Of a stretch of 64,000 nucleotides of DNA, positions 12,539-26,650 are shown one piece after another. The stretch's first letter is position 1; each line of letters begins with the position of its first letter. The stretch lies in NCBI RefSeq assembly GCF_964355755.1, contig NC_092672.1, positions 15,252,001 to 15,316,000 on the forward strand, written 5' to 3'. Under the pieces are notes generated by a model, which saw nothing but the letters and a program-made list of their open reading frames with translations, searched no databases and was not told the origin of the DNA. The stretch is from Antedon mediterranea. Taxonomy: Eukaryota > Animalia > Echinodermata. Position numbers and translations under genes: made by a program.

Positions 12539-13497
12539 TTACATAGCCTATGTAAATACGTGAACGTGATTGGTTGAAACTGCATCACATGACTACTGCT
12601 GCGAGGATCGTAAATCGTATATTTCCTCAAGTACGATGATATTGACCGAGTAATTTTTTCGCATAATTATCGTGTCCCTGTCATTAAACATATAAAATCC
12701 AGAAAATTCTCGAGTACGATAATATTGACTGCGTAATTTTCGTGTGGCAACACTTGCGTTTGGCGACAAAAGTCATCTACCGGGGCTTGAACTCGCGCTG
12801 AAATTGTCACTCCATCACAAGACAACGCTTCATGCGCTGCGGCACGGAACTTGCTTGAAGAAATTACTCAACTAAACTATTTTAACTATGCATACATAGC
12901 GCCCTCATTTATTATTAGTCCTCCCTAGATGTGATGAAACACCGTTTGTGACTGGTTTATTCTCACAGTAGTAACCGGTACGCGTGCGACGCACTGAACA
13001 TCCAGTGATTCGGCTCAAAGAGAAGACGAATTATTATTATTTATTCGGCCTACCTGATAATATTATTATTATTAATGTAGGCTTATTGATTATTTAAACG
13101 ACATAGGCTAGTGAATATTTAATTGCCAAGGAATCATTAATTAGTAATTATCTGTATATTATTCTTTGCAAGGTAAGGTGTCTATATACTGGGCAGCTTG
13201 TTTACATACGATACAAATGGAGGCCTAGCCTAGCTTCACCCGACCCAGCAGACTTGTTCTTGGCTATGTAATATAACAGATATCGCCTTTTATATCGGTA
13301 AAATATAAGATTTAACATCCCCTCGGGATGATATTATGTTCTCGGGGAATTATATATATTCCCTCGAACATAATGTCATTCCCTCGAGGATGTCAAATCT
13401 TATATTTCACCTCTAAGCAGGCAATATCTGTATAATATGGCAGAGAGGTACACTCAATGTATTGAAATTAAGCAAAATATGTTTATGCTATTTTTTA
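12537..13497 (-). repeat. Inverted copy of 2337-3283 (family B element plus ~60 bp of flank)
   Basis: Colinear reverse-complement match over ~950 bp with scattered differences. Confidence 0.9.
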
Positions 13498-13499
13498 AA

Positions 13500-14087
13500 T
13501 ATAACATTTAATATAATAATATTAAAGACCAAATGTTACTTAATCAATGTGAATGAAATGTAGGCCTCTTGTTGACTAGGGCTACCTTAAGTTTTATTTG
13601 ATTCAAATGACAGGAATCTATTTAGATGTTATATAAAAAAAAAAATTAATTCTTTATATAACGAGGCAATGCCGAGTTGATATTTAACCTTTCATCATTC
13701 ACCAAATGCCATTATTTGTACTATTACACTCATAAACATTCATTATTTGTATAATATTACATAGCCTATGTAAATACGTGAACGTGATTGGTTGAAACTG
13801 TATCACATGACTACCGCTGCGAGGATCGTAAATCGTATATTTCCTCAAGTACGATGATATTGACCGAGTAATTTTTTCGCATAATTATCGTGTCCCTGTC
13901 ATTAAACATATAAAATCCAGAAAATTCTCGAGTACGATGATATTGACTGTGTAATTTTCGTGTGGCAACACTCGCGTTTGGCGACAAAAGTCATCTACCG
14001 GGGCTTGAACTCGCGATGAAATTGTCACTCCATCACAAGACAACGCTTCACCCACTGCGCCACGGAACTTGAAATTAATCAACTAAA
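13500..14087. repeat. Direct duplication of ~12271-12877 (A/B junction region)
   Basis: Both blocks run from TATAACATTTAATATAATAATATTAAAGACC to CACGGAACTTG. Confidence 0.9.
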
Positions 14088-15599
14088 CCAACAAACTTAT
14101 AACACAAGAATCTCCTGTTCGTCCAATGCCCATTCAAAACACAGGATCGGAAGTACAGGGTTAAAAGGTCAAATAGGAAGTCAAAACTTGGTAAAAACTA
14201 TTTAAATTACTATAGAGGGCTCAGGTCTCTGTACATGAATATTACATTATTAATACAAAATATAGTAAAATTTTGTCTTTTCAAAACTAAAATTATTATT
14301 ATTTCTCTATGATGATCAACTACAAAAATAAACTAGTTAATCAAAGTAGTTTTGCATAATTGTTTTATTTGAAAACACTTAATTCAATTAAATATGGGCC
14401 TAATAAAAAGGGCATATAATAACAATTAAAATATTAATTTAAAAAAACTTAAAGAAAATATTGGAACAAAATATGGTATAACATCCGCAAACTACATATT
14501 TGTATCCTTAGCACTTCGGGATTGAATAAACTGATCATTTAGGGGATGACTGACATCACCCATTATACTGTACGCAAAGCAGCCTGTATTGATCTATCAT
14601 ATTATATAACTCATCCAGGCAGATTGGCATATCACCTATATAGTCAGGTTCCCCATGTATGGAAATAGGGGTCCGTAGGATTTTAATGCCCAAAGTGAGA
14701 TTTCACTTGATTTTACTTTATTATGGTGCTAGAATACCAAAAATGGTAGGTAACAAATTTTCACGTAACCATGGTAACAGCCCCAAATTCAAAATGGCGA
14801 CCAAATGGCCATATCTCCATATAACTTGGTCTATTGACAAGATATTGGTATCAAAATACTCAGAATATATATATATTTATATTCGTTGTAATAGAACATT
14901 TTTACTAAATGCAACCGGAAATGCTATTTTTCTGTACTATTGACCCTTGACCTTGACTCGCACTGTATCTAAAAATCGGCTGGTCATGGAAATTTAAAAA
15001 CGGTCTCAAATTGCTCAGACTATACATATTTATATTTATTGTAATGCAATATTTTGTAAGAAAATGACCGGAAATAAAGTTATTCACCATTGACATAGAG
15101 AATAGCTATTTACATTACAAGGATGGATAAATATTAGTCAGATGTTTTGGCCCTAGTCTGATGTAATTTTCACTTTTACTAAGAATACATCCCTAATACT
15201 TAAGTAATGTGGGACTCGCAACAACCTCCTGATAAATAGCCTGGCGTTCACTAGAATAATTATGTTATGCATTCAGTTCTTTTCTAAACTCACATTTTCA
15301 AATATTATTTTCAATTGCCATTTTGAACCTCTAGTGAGATTTGATGGTAATTATAACCTATATTATTAGGAAGGTATCTTGCAGATTTGTTTTGCCCATG
15401 ACTGGTTTTCATTTATATGCTTTTCTGATACATTGCCATCTAATCTAACACAAATGAACCAGCTTGACTTGATGTAGATGACACAATAACAGTGAATAAA
15501 AGATTGTAATTAATTTGAATGTAAAGAAAAAAATTTGTATTTTAATAGTGCTCTTTTCTCGGATCAGGCTCTAGAACAGAAGGAAAACAGTTAAAATGG

Positions 15600-16960
15600 G
15601 TTGGTGATCTTGTTGGCATTACCTTCTTCATCCCCTAAAAGCTGTTGGATGTATCTCAGAAAGTTGGTTCTCTGCCTTCCTCGTTTTCTTTTCCCATGTT
15701 GAGGAACATACAGAGCGTACTCTTTGCATGGTTCGTCATCAGGTATTCGAAGCACGTGGGCCAGGAACTTTAATTGACGGGATATAATATTTTCCACTAG
15801 CGGTCTGGTCTTGGTTAGGTCATAGATAGAAGCATTTGGCACCCTATCTGTTCTCTTGATATTTAGCATGATTCTATAGCATGAAGGCGTTGATTTCACT
15901 TTCCATCGCCTTAGAGAGGGTAACGGGACGATTCGGCCCTGAGACGATTCGGCAACGGGACGATTCGGCCCTGGGACGATTCGGCACACTTAAATTTATC
16001 GGCTTTGATATGCATTTTATAAGCATAAAATAAGCTTTTTCCCCAAACTTTATTTCCAGAGAGACTATGGGGTAGTACTACTAGGGATAAAGATGCAATA
16101 AAGCAAACATTTTGAAAACATTGTCGAAAATGATCAATTTTTAGTCACGCGAACGATGTAAACAAGTTACGCCCTCTGTTGGCCGCTTGGCGAATGCACG
16201 AAATAAACAAGGTTTTCGAAGTAATAAATTGAATATAAAAATAAAATTACGTTTTTTTAGTAATTTATTATATATATTATATCAAAATTGTCAATATCAA
16301 TAAATACGGATTGTTAAACACCTTTAAAAACTTAATACCCAAAAAAATGATTATGAATTTGGTCTAAAGTGAGACGTTTCGGCCCACAAAGTGGGATGTT
16401 TCGGCCCATAAGTGGGCCGAATCGTCCCACCAAAAGTGGGCCAAATAGTCCCGGGCCGAATCGTCTCAGGGCCGAATCGTCCCTGAACCCCTTAGAGAGG
16501 ACCCAAAACTCGCAGCCATACACAAGGACATTAACACAGGTTGTATTGTAGAGCTTTACTTTGGTGGAGATTGGGATGTTAAAACATCTCCACAAACGTT
16601 CTAGCTTCCAAAATGCTGTCCAGGCAAGACCCTTTCTTCTTTTAAAATCCCCACTGCTAGATGCCATGGATCCGAGGTATTTGAAGTTGGTTGCATGGTT
16701 GATTGATTGCATTTCCATAAACTTCAAGTGGGGGCTGTGAACAGCAGTTGAATACCATATACTCCGTTTTAGAGGCACTAATGATAAGCCCTAGGTCAGC
16801 GGCATTGGCAGTTCTGGTTAGCTGTGATTGGGCACGAGGTATTGAAGACTCAAGCAGGGCGATGTCATCTGCAAAGTCTAAATTATTTAAGACTTTCGCT
16901 GGATACCTTCTTGATTTTCGTGGGCAAGTCACAACTCCTGAGTGGCATTGTGATGCTTGA
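15600..16960 (-). pseudogene. RTE-clade LINE RT fragment interrupted by a MITE
   Basis: LNNLDFADDIALL, FKYLGS, AWTAFWKLERLW, TSCYRIMLNIK and RQLKFLAHVLR. Confidence 0.9.
15918..16490. mobile_element. MITE with GC-rich reiterated TIRs and an 8-10 bp TSD (MULE/Merlin-like)
   Basis: GGGTAACGGGACGATTCGGCCCTGAGACGATTCGGC ... GCCGAATCGTCTCAGGGCCGAATCGTCCCTGAACCC; CTTAGAGA duplicated at 15910-15917 and 16491-16498; removal restores the RTE frame WVLSKAMESEINAF. Confidence 0.88.
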
Positions 16961-17210
16961 TATGACTCACAAAATGGCAGTCAATGTTAGCATTGAAAGA
17001 TTGCTTCTCATATCTCGAAACATCTAAGAAAGAAAACCAAGGAACATCTAACCACGTAATAATGTATGGCCGGCAGCAGCAGCATTTTATTGTGGATGAG
17101 ATGAGAGGAAAATGAATACAGTGCAATGAATTTCTGCTGTAATTTTTACTATTCTCCAAAGTTGTTTACATAGATAAATGTGCTTACTTACACATTTCTA
17201 TAATCAGCCG

Positions 17211-17992
17211 TTTTTAGTCGCGTGGAAGCGACTCTATAGTTCACTATGTCGGTCGGTTGGTCGGTCTGTCTGTCTGTCGGTCTGTCTGTCGGTCCGGTAT
17301 CACTATGCGTTTTATCGCTTTCTGACCTTATCTTGATATCAGTTTAATCTAGCTAGCTCAATTTTTCACAGTATATTCCTTATGGCCAGGAATCAATGTG
17401 GTTATGTTTTCACGGTCCGCAATAAAAAATTACGCAGTCTACGCACGATTTAACGAAATCACGTTTGTAATCATATCTTCACAACCATGAATCACAATTA
17501 AATAAAATTTGGTACTCATAAATTTCAGGGCATAAATCATCATATGGCAATACAATTACGTGCGTAGCGCATGTAACGCATGCGTATGCGCGCTTAAAAT
17601 TTTCAAAATTTATTTTCAATGAAATAAGAGTACGTTTCAGGCAATTTTAAGCGTTTACAAAATTGCCATGAGTGCACATATTTTTGCGCGCGCACTGCGC
17701 GTTAAATGTTATTGCGCAGTCTTTTTGCCCGATTTCTGTTTTCTTGACTTACTTTTCAACTCGAAATTACATTATACGAGCACGTCAAAAGTGACAGGCT
17801 ACGCACGTGTAAATTAAAAAAATATAAATGTTTTTAAACATTTCAACATTTTTAAACATGTTCAGTAATTTCGGTCAGTATAGTTCACTATGTCGGTCGG
17901 TCTGTCTGTCTGTCGGTCTGTCTGTCGGTCTGTCTGTCGGTCCGGTATCACTATGCATTGTAGCACGCGACTTAATGGCTGTTGGCCTTGTT
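17211..17992 (+). mobile_element. Helentron-associated non-autonomous element (HINE/DINE-1/Tsp-like)
   Basis: 5' TTTTTAGTCGCGTG with adjacent inverted GCGACT; (GTCG/GTCT)n microsatellite; 3' subterminal CACGCGACT plus a short hairpin and TTGTT; sits in a T run whose empty paralogous site is at ~18265-18280. Confidence 0.8.
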
Positions 17993-18601
17993 TAGATACA
18001 GTTCGAGTCAAGGTCAAGGGTCAATAGTGCAGAAAAATAGCATTTCCGGTTACATTTAGTAAAAATGTTCTATTACAACGATTATAAATATATTTATTCC
18101 GAGTATTTTGATACCAATATCTTGTCAATAGACCAAAGGGTTATGGAGATATGACCAGAGACTACTGAATAAAAATTCTTGTAAGCTATTCTCTATGTCA
18201 AAGGTCAATAACTTTGCTTCCAGACATTTTTTAACAAAATATTGCATTACAATTTCTATGACCAGCCGTTTTTAAGATACAGTACGAGTCAAGGTCAAGG
18301 GTCAATAGTACAGAAAAATAGCATTTCTGGTTGCATTTAGTAAAAATGTTCTATTACAACGAATATAAATATATATATTCCGAATATTTTGATACCAATA
18401 TCTTGTTAATAGACTAAAGGGTTATGGAGATATGGCCATTTGGTCGCCATTTTGAACTTGGGCTGTTACCATGGTTACGGGGTCGTGGAAATTTGTTACC
18501 TAGCATTTTTGGTATCCTACCACCATAATAAAGTGAAATCAAGTGAAATCTCACTTTGGGCATTCAAATCTTACGGAAATACACGAGGACCCTGACTAAT
18601 A

Positions 18602-19025
18602 AGTTTACCAGCTCTTTTCACAATTTGATTTAGTCTTTTTTTTATCTTTTTAGATGAATTACCATAGTTACAAATCAGACAGTAAGATAATATACACACT
18701 TTGGATCATTGTCGTATAAAACAACTTCATAATTCAAATTAAATTGAATTGATATCAATATTGAGCGTTTTCATATTTTGCAATATATACATTCTTTGAC
18801 ATGCTTTACCAACTAATTTATCTGTGTTTGCCTTCCAGTTAAGTTATGATACATCCTAAATATGTGTATTCTTCTACCATATTAATTTCTTCTCCATATA
18901 TAACTACTGGAATCAAAGGTTCACAGTCTTTCCTATAATCAATTAAAACTTCTTTAGTTAATTCATCAAAATAGTCATTTGGTTTATCTGACATAAAACC
19001 TGTTATGGCAGTGTCATCGGCATCT
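18602..19025 (-). pseudogene. Rex1/Babar-like LINE fragment
   Basis: ADDTAITG, TKEVLIDYRK and VEEYTYLG motifs. Confidence 0.7.
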
Positions 19026-19860
19026 TTATATAAATTTACGTAAGGGTAAAATTCGGTAAATCGCGTGTTACTTCTAGAATGTTTAGTCGATGGTAGGCCT
19101 ATATAAAGTTGGTTCGTACTTTTGGTACTGATTTTAACCACCTGATGTAACCCTGTTTACTAATTAAATTGAGTTAGATAATTAGTTATTGACAATTAAA
19201 CGAATTTATGTTCCATTTGCCCCAAATAGGGGTGTTTTCCGATCGTGGTTATACACTGTCTAATGGATGTCTATCTTGAAAAATACCCGCACACAATAAT
19301 ACGATGATGATGCTTCGCATTTTCCTATCTCTTCCTACGATAATTGTTGTTTTAATAGCTGAAAACCGTTTGAACAGCTCGAGTAGGCCTACAGCATCAT
19401 AATGTTGAAGACATGCCGATTTTCTTTAAAAAATACTATTTTGATAGATTTAATATACGTTTATACAAATGTATTGATTTCCGATGAATGGAACATTCCA
19501 ATATAACTATTTGGTTTAACACAATTACCACCAGCTGTAGGTAAATGTATTGGCCCTTGGGGAATTAACCTAAAACTTATATAGATATAGTATTGCAATA
19601 CTTGGACATAACACTGTAAATACGTATTAACCATTGTTGGTCGCCATTTGAATTGCAATTTTTTTACTGTGATTGTGGGTACTGTTAGATATACTGTATA
19701 AACACATGTACAAATAAACTTATTACTGTGAGTGTGAGAGGCCCTACTGTTAGATATTATAAGCGCACAATATACAAATAAACTTTATTACTAACAGTTG
19801 CTTCTCAACGTTTGTATTCATTAATAATTACAAAAATATAAACGTTGTAGTGGTGTATAT

Positions 19861-20212
19861 AGGACAACAACACCCTCTGAACAACCACACCTATATCATG
19901 ACACCTACACCTTATAGGTTATAATTACGATCTTGTAAAACTTACTGAACTTCAAAACATAGGGAGAGAAATTGATCTTATATGGAAGCTTTTACATATT
20001 TTAATATGCGTATCGTCAGCAGTTATTTTACATTAAACGAGAATCGATCAAATTATTAAAACGTATTCCAATCTTGAAAAATAAAGGGGTGGCTTATTTT
20101 ATTCTTGTGTGACATTTTGAAGTTCAGTAAGTTTTATAAGATCGTAATTATAATCTAAGGTATAGATGTGGTTGTTCAGAGAGTGCTGTTGTTCTAGAGG
20201 GGTAGTTGTCCA
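19861..20212. mobile_element. MITE-like inverted repeat with ~90-bp arms
   Basis: ATAATTACGATCTTGTAAAACTTACTGAACTTCAAAA vs TTTTGAAGTTCAGTAAGTTTTATAAGATCGTAATTAT, plus CTCTGAACAACCACA/TGTGGTTGTTCAGAG. Confidence 0.6.
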
Positions 20213-20559
20213 GGGGCATAGCAGTTGGACTAGAGGTAAGTTGTGAGAGTGGGACTGGGACTGGAGCAGCCCCTTATTATCGATAAAATTGGCCCGATTT
20301 TGTTCTCTCTTTTAAATAACTGTTTTTCTTTCCCTTGTGAGAACGTTTGCATATCTTAACTCTCACCTGTATCAATTGAATCCATATTTGCATTTTACTT
20401 TTGTCTTATCTTTGCATATTTAATGATGTTTTTTTTTTGCCTCGTCTCTCAAACATGTCCCAAATCGTACTTCGGCTGCTCTTACATTCGCTAGTTTTAT
20501 ATTTTGTCAATGTTTAATGCTCCGTTTAATTGTTCTATGTCGTCTCGTTATATGCATCC

Positions 20560-20965
20560 CTCCAGGGGCACGCACGATGATATTGTATTTAACCCTTTCT
20601 CGCACCCTGAAAATTCAAATTCTGAAAGAGATCCCGACAAACAATTTTATACTGATAACATTATCTCTAAATACTACCACTCAGATGATTTTATAAATGC
20701 CAGCAAGAATATTGATAGGAACAAATGTTTTATCGATGATAAACTTTAACTCCAGAAGCTTACAACGTAACATTGATTATGTAAGTTTCTTAAATCCACT
20801 AACTTTTCTTTTGATATCATTGCAAGTAGTGAAACATGGCTTAAAACATAATCCAGTTGTTCCAATTCCAAATTATGTTTTTGTCTAAAAAACAGAGAAC
20901 TGAAGCGTGGTGGCGGTGTTGGCATTTATGTTCATGAACATTTTTTCTTTAAAATTCGACATATT
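20560..20965 (+). pseudogene. LINE APE-endonuclease N-terminal relic
   Basis: NFNSRSL, DIIASSETWL and RGGGVGIYV motifs, frameshifted. Confidence 0.7.
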
Positions 20966-21089
20966 TCAGTTCTCAGTTATCAAAAAACGACTACACAATA
21001 TAGCTCCATATTTTCGATAACAAATTAACATGGCATACTCACATAAGACATACGAAGTAAACTTGGTCATTCACTATCATTATTAGAGC

Positions 21090-21430
21090 GCATTCATAAA
21101 TTCAGTGACAACAAAACCGAATGATTATTATAATGTATAAATCAAGCAATATTTCATGATTCATAGAGTCAAATGCTTTTGACAGATCTATTACAAACGA
21201 TTGTTATCACTTGCTTTGGTCAATGTATCTATCGTTTGGAGAAGTACTTGTTTGGTTGAGTGTCACTCCCAGAACCCATATTGCGACTCAAAAGTACATT
21301 ATATTTAAGTAAAAATGACATTGTCTGATCGTACACTACCCTCTCATAGATCTTAGATAGACATGGTAAGATAGATATCGGTCTGTAATTGCTGACCTCT
21401 TCTTTATTGCACTTTTTATATACAGGCACA
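21090..21430 (-). pseudogene. LINE RT N-terminal relic
   Basis: VPVYKK..NYRPISILPCLSKIYER, QYGF and DLSKAFDS motifs. Confidence 0.8.
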
Positions 21431-22079
21431 GTTCATTCATTCACCGATTAGATCATCAAACAATTTTTTTTTTATGATTATTCAATTGGAACTACTAATA
21501 ATTAATTATATGCCTAATTGAGATTTGTATTTTTAAAGATTGCTTACCGTATACACCTTTTAAATGCGTAAACTGATGTTCTTTTATAGTGTACTGCTGG
21601 ATATGCTATGAAAAATGATTACAACAAGTTTTATGATGCCTACAAAAACAAGTTACTGCGTTTAGATGATCATCAAATTTCAATAATTATTCCGAATAGA
21701 ATGTCCTGAACCATTATCCTTTGTTTCTTGTGACCCAAGCAATATGCTACACACAGGTTGCGGAATTGGGTTAATTAATGAGATGTAAAGCACATATTAT
21801 GAAGGCCAGGAACGTACGGTAACCACCCGGAGTTGAGAATAGTTCCACGATAAGACATCTTCTTCGATGAATGATAAAATACGAGCAAAGCGTAGCAAAA
21901 TAACGTCCAACGTCCAAAGGCCAAGTTACTAAAACATTCATAACTCATTAACGGACAGTCAAATGAACATACTTTTTGGATTAAAATGTTCTAGATTAGC
22001 CTATCGTAAAGGCTGTTTTTTGACTTGCATGTTTGTATTATTGAGCGAAAAGAGCTAAGACTGTTGAAAAGAAATACCT

Positions 22080-24410
22080 TTAACATTTGTGGAGAGTCAT
22101 TTCATGGAATGGGGATCATTGCCACTTTTACACCAGAAAAATGTCTACATAAACCTGTACCTAGAATGTCAGTTACAACAGATGACATCATCAAAGTAGG
22201 CAGGATTAACATCAAAACTTTCAAATCCCAGCACACAGGACGCAGTCCATTAACATACAAAGAACTTCAATCAATGGAAGTGTATGATTCAACGTATCAT
22301 GTTGATCTTCTGTGGGACGTGGTATTTGCTCTTCGCCCCAAAAGACCTGAGTAGTCAGGTCTAATGCAGGCCGTACATCATGGTAATTATCCTGGTAAAT
22401 ATTCGATGCAATTCCTGCCCATGATAGATTTAAATCCATCTGACATGTCATGTATCTTCTCCACACTCTCGTATAAGCTAAGGCATACAATGTGACACCC
22501 GTTATTACATTTGATCTACCACTTGATCATGTCCATTGTCCTGAGACTAGAGGGCTTACATATGGAAATGAGCTTCTTGGGCTGCATTGGGTAAATTATG
22601 GCAGGAAGTGGTCTACAAGAGATCCTTGAAGTGGCATATGCAGGAAATGCCGTCATGCATATGCTGAGTGGAAAAGCAATTTTCAGCAGTCCGAGTACAT
22701 CTCTTGGTTGATGTTGCCATGCATACCATATTACTAGATATAAAGCATATAATCTTACTATATCCACTTTTCAACCTGATCAACTACAACACAATCGAGA
22801 CACGGAAACAACCTGTGAGAACGATCAAACAACAGAACATTCAGAAGCAATGGAAATAGAAGTTGATGCTGACATTATTCCAAACACACGACCAGATTTG
22901 CTCGAAGCCAGTAAGATTTTGGATAATCTAATAAATGATCCCGACGCGCATATTGACCTTTCCTCTTCAGATGTCCTTACAAGAATTACTCATAGATTGA
23001 AAGAAGAGCGGAACTTACTTAGTGATAAAAGGACTGCCAACTCTGGTTGCAATATTTGGACATGGTTGCTGTTTTAAACAAAATCATAAAAGCTGAACGT
23101 ATAGGGAATTGAGCTTTACATCTTTCAGCAGTAAAGGATATGTTACCTTTTTTTGCTGCGGCTGGGCATAACCTGTACACAAAATCTGCGTATCTGTACT
23201 TGAAAAAATGTGCCAACTCGAAAAGACCCACCCAGATGTCTACACCAACTTCATAAATGGTTTTCATGTGATTAGAAAAAGTGATCGGTACTGGGCAGGA
23301 CTATCAATCTTATTATTGAGCAAGTCCTAATGAGAAGTGTCAAAACAAGTGGTGGGTTAACGAGAGGTAGAGGCATGACAGAAGTTCAACGGTTGACCTG
23401 GGTACTGGAAATGCTTTCTTGTGCCGAGGTAAACTTTGCAATGCAAGAGCTCACCAGTGTTAACTACAACACTAGTGAGCAACACAAAGACACATCACAA
23501 TCTAGTCAAAAAAGAGACACAGAAGATACTTATAAACTAATCGAAGCGTTCAAGGAGTGGGATCCATTTGGTAGTGAGTCATCACTGCGTACAGTAGCAT
23601 AGTAAGTGGTGTTGCTGCTACTGACAATGTAAATATTGACCAGGCAAGGTATGTGGGCCAGCGTATACTTGAATCGATGGTTGGAAAAAACCTTGATGAG
23701 TCACACTTGGATCCAAAACAGCTGTTGTCATTTGCGGAGATCCAGTCCAAGTTGATCCACAATTACTCTTTCAGCGATTAAGCGTTATCGCCACACGTGA
23801 AGAGGAGAAAGATCCCGCAAATTTATTTAAATATAAACTTTGCAGTCATCCAACTGCATTATTCGTTAATGTAGGGCTTCCCAGGGAGGCAAATAAGGCG
23901 ACACTAGCCGATGCCCTTTGGGAGATTGTAAAGCAGGAGGATCAGACAGACCCCCCCCCCCCTAATGATCCACATTATGTGCTTGATAATGGTGCCCTCT
24001 TGCAACGTTTACCATGGTCAAGAGGTCAAACATTTGATAGTATTTGTCATAAGTATGTATCATATGTGACAAGTCGGTATGGAATTCCAACTATTGTATT
24101 TGATGGTTATGAAGATGGACCTGCAATCAAAGATTGCACACACTGCAGACGTACAGGCAGTTCCAATGGACCAAATGTTTTGTTTACGGGAGAGACTTCG
24201 CTAATTATGACCAACAAAGTAAACAAGCAACGATTTCTTCATTTTCTCAGTTTACATCTTGAAAAGGCAGGTTGTACAATTCATGCCAAAGGAGATGCAG
24301 ATATCCTAAGATAGCAGTTGAGTCAGCAAGGGTTAACACAGTTCTTGTTGGTGACGCTACTGATTTGCTAATCCTGCTGTGCTATTATGGAGATACAATT
24401 GAGAAAAAAC
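22080..24410 (+). pseudogene. Decayed Academ (AcademX-like) transposase with XPG/PIN-like nuclease region
   Basis: TFHGMGII-like, FLPMIDLNPSD, FAAAGHNLYTKSA and IEQVLMRSVKTSGGLTRGRG; then LDNGALLQRLPW, IVFDGY, AKGDAD and GDATDLL; many stops and frameshifts. Confidence 0.75.
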
Positions 24411-26650
24411 ATTGTTAACATAGTTTGCTAGAGGGTGCATGTAAACCCTTTTTGGCTCCCAAACTAATAGGCATGTTCTGTAAGTATACCTGTGTACAGA
24501 ATGAAATAAGGAAGGACACACGCTGGTACTAAAAAACTAATTATCAACTAACAATAGATTAATTTGAATAATAATAGAACAGCAACGCAAAAAACGGGTG
24601 AATTTTGAAAAGAAATAAGTTTTTTAAAACTACTCGTATCAAAAAACGTGTACATTAAATCAAATTATGTTTTGAAATCACAATTTATAACTCTTGCCTC
24701 TTGTACAAAAATGATGTTTTTTGGACAAGTAGTTCTCGAGAAAATGCAATTTCAGTACACTTGTTACTTTAAGATTCCCTGCCGGCTTTTGAAAATTGTC
24801 TCCTATCTTTTCTATCTGAAAATAGTTGATTAGAAATTAATTTTCAGCATTTTTAACTTCCAAAGCGCACGTACGCTTTTGGTGATGATACAGGAAGATG
24901 ACGCTTGACATGAAGCATCCGTGTGTCCAAGTTTCATTTGAAAAAGGCTGTTAGTTTTGAATTTATAGTCAATTTAAGAATTTCAGAAAATCGCGCGTAG
25001 TTACGCTACGTGACCATATTTTCATTAAAGTTTATTGCACAACTACATTACGTGCATCTGCTGGCCAAGTTATAACATAACTGCTATCGCCGTTTTCGAG
25101 ACCTGCGAACAAAAAATGAGCAGAAAAAATAAAAATTTTTGACAATAATAATAAGCGCCTCACTCGAATAAACTCCCCTCTATATAGACATTTAAATAGT
25201 GTCACCAGTTATTCACGTTACACCAACAATTGTATCGAGAAAAAAAAGAAATGTTGGCTCTACTAGTTCCCAGCGCCGAAATGTTTACCCAATTTAAATT
25301 TTAAAACCACAGAAGTCATCAATTAAAGTTGTCTTTCATAAGTGAATTTATTATCTTTTATTCTTTTTTCCGCGGAAGTGAATAACTTTATTGAAGCTAC
25401 AAAATGGCTTAATAAAAGTTCAATTTTATCAAAGATAGTGTAGTAGATTTCTACACTATCTTTGACTATTATTATATTTATCTTTGATTTTATTCATCTT
25501 TCTTCAGTGGACGCTGAATTGCGAGGGCGCTGTACTACTTATTTCACAAGTTGTTTAAAGACCGTGTGCGCGGTGTAAACATTGTCAAAAGAATTGACAT
25601 GTCGGGAATGCATGTGAATTATTGTTTTTTAAGATAAAGGGATGAAAGTAGTATAAGTAAATACAAATCTACGAACTATCTATTGAAGTCATTTCCAAGT
25701 GTTATTTTCGTGCTGCATGAAGAGAAATATCAACTCGATGGTACTAGCTAGGCCTAGGCTACAGACAGTTAGTAGTAGGCCCTTGTTATTATTTTACCAC
25801 ATGCCGAGCTGGACATCTGCAAACGTTTGAAAAAAAGGCACAAGCTAAAATAAAGGGTAAGAGTTTGCTTTTTGAAAAAAGATTTCTACCTACCTACCTA
25901 CCTACCTTGATCTACCTTTTAAGACCTCTTATCTTAAAGTTATATTGTCCTGTCACGCCAAAATTGGTCCGGCCCATCCGGATCGGATGGGCCGGATCGA
26001 TTTTGGTCGTAATCAAGCGCCAAAACTGGTCCGGTCGGATAAATTTTGGCATTGAAACAGCCTCTAAAACAGGTCCGGCTATAGGCCAAAACTGATCCGG
26101 CCTTTAAAATCGCTTATTTATTCTTTAAAATGTGTTAAGAAGCCTGCAAACAGTTCAAATGGTTAAAGTATTAAAACTATGCTTAAAGTAAATATACTAA
26201 ATATTACCATACAAACGAAAAGAAATAATCAAGACACTAATTAATTAATCGGCTTTTGGGATATTCTATTGTTCAGTTCGTTTAAAACTAATTAGTAATA
26301 GTAATTTTATATTATGTCTAAGATCTTAGATATTATACAAACTGAATACGTCTTGGGCGTATTCAATAATGATTAATAATAAAATATAGAACGTTAATTA
26401 TTAGTTATCCGCTTGGTAGAGCGGATAACTCCTTGTTATTGTATGGGATCAATATTTTTGGTTATCCGCAACTTGTAAAGTTGCGAATAACCCTTGTTAT
26501 TGTCACGATCTTTTTTATATCTTCTTTGTTATTCTTCTTTCTTTCCCAGAATTTTGTGTCACGCATATCTGTTATTCTTGTAAATATAACATTTCATAAC
26601 TTTGTCAACATATGGACATTTACGTGAAGTTGTGCACCTCCATATTTTTT

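Larger units (their letters stand above)
14641..18598. mobile_element. Non-autonomous Academ-like DNA element with long inverted termini and nested insertions
   Basis: TAGTCAGG ... CCTGACTA termini; ~450-bp imperfect inverted arms (14641-15110 vs ~18170-18598); ATA on both sides as a possible 3-bp TSD. Confidence 0.6.
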
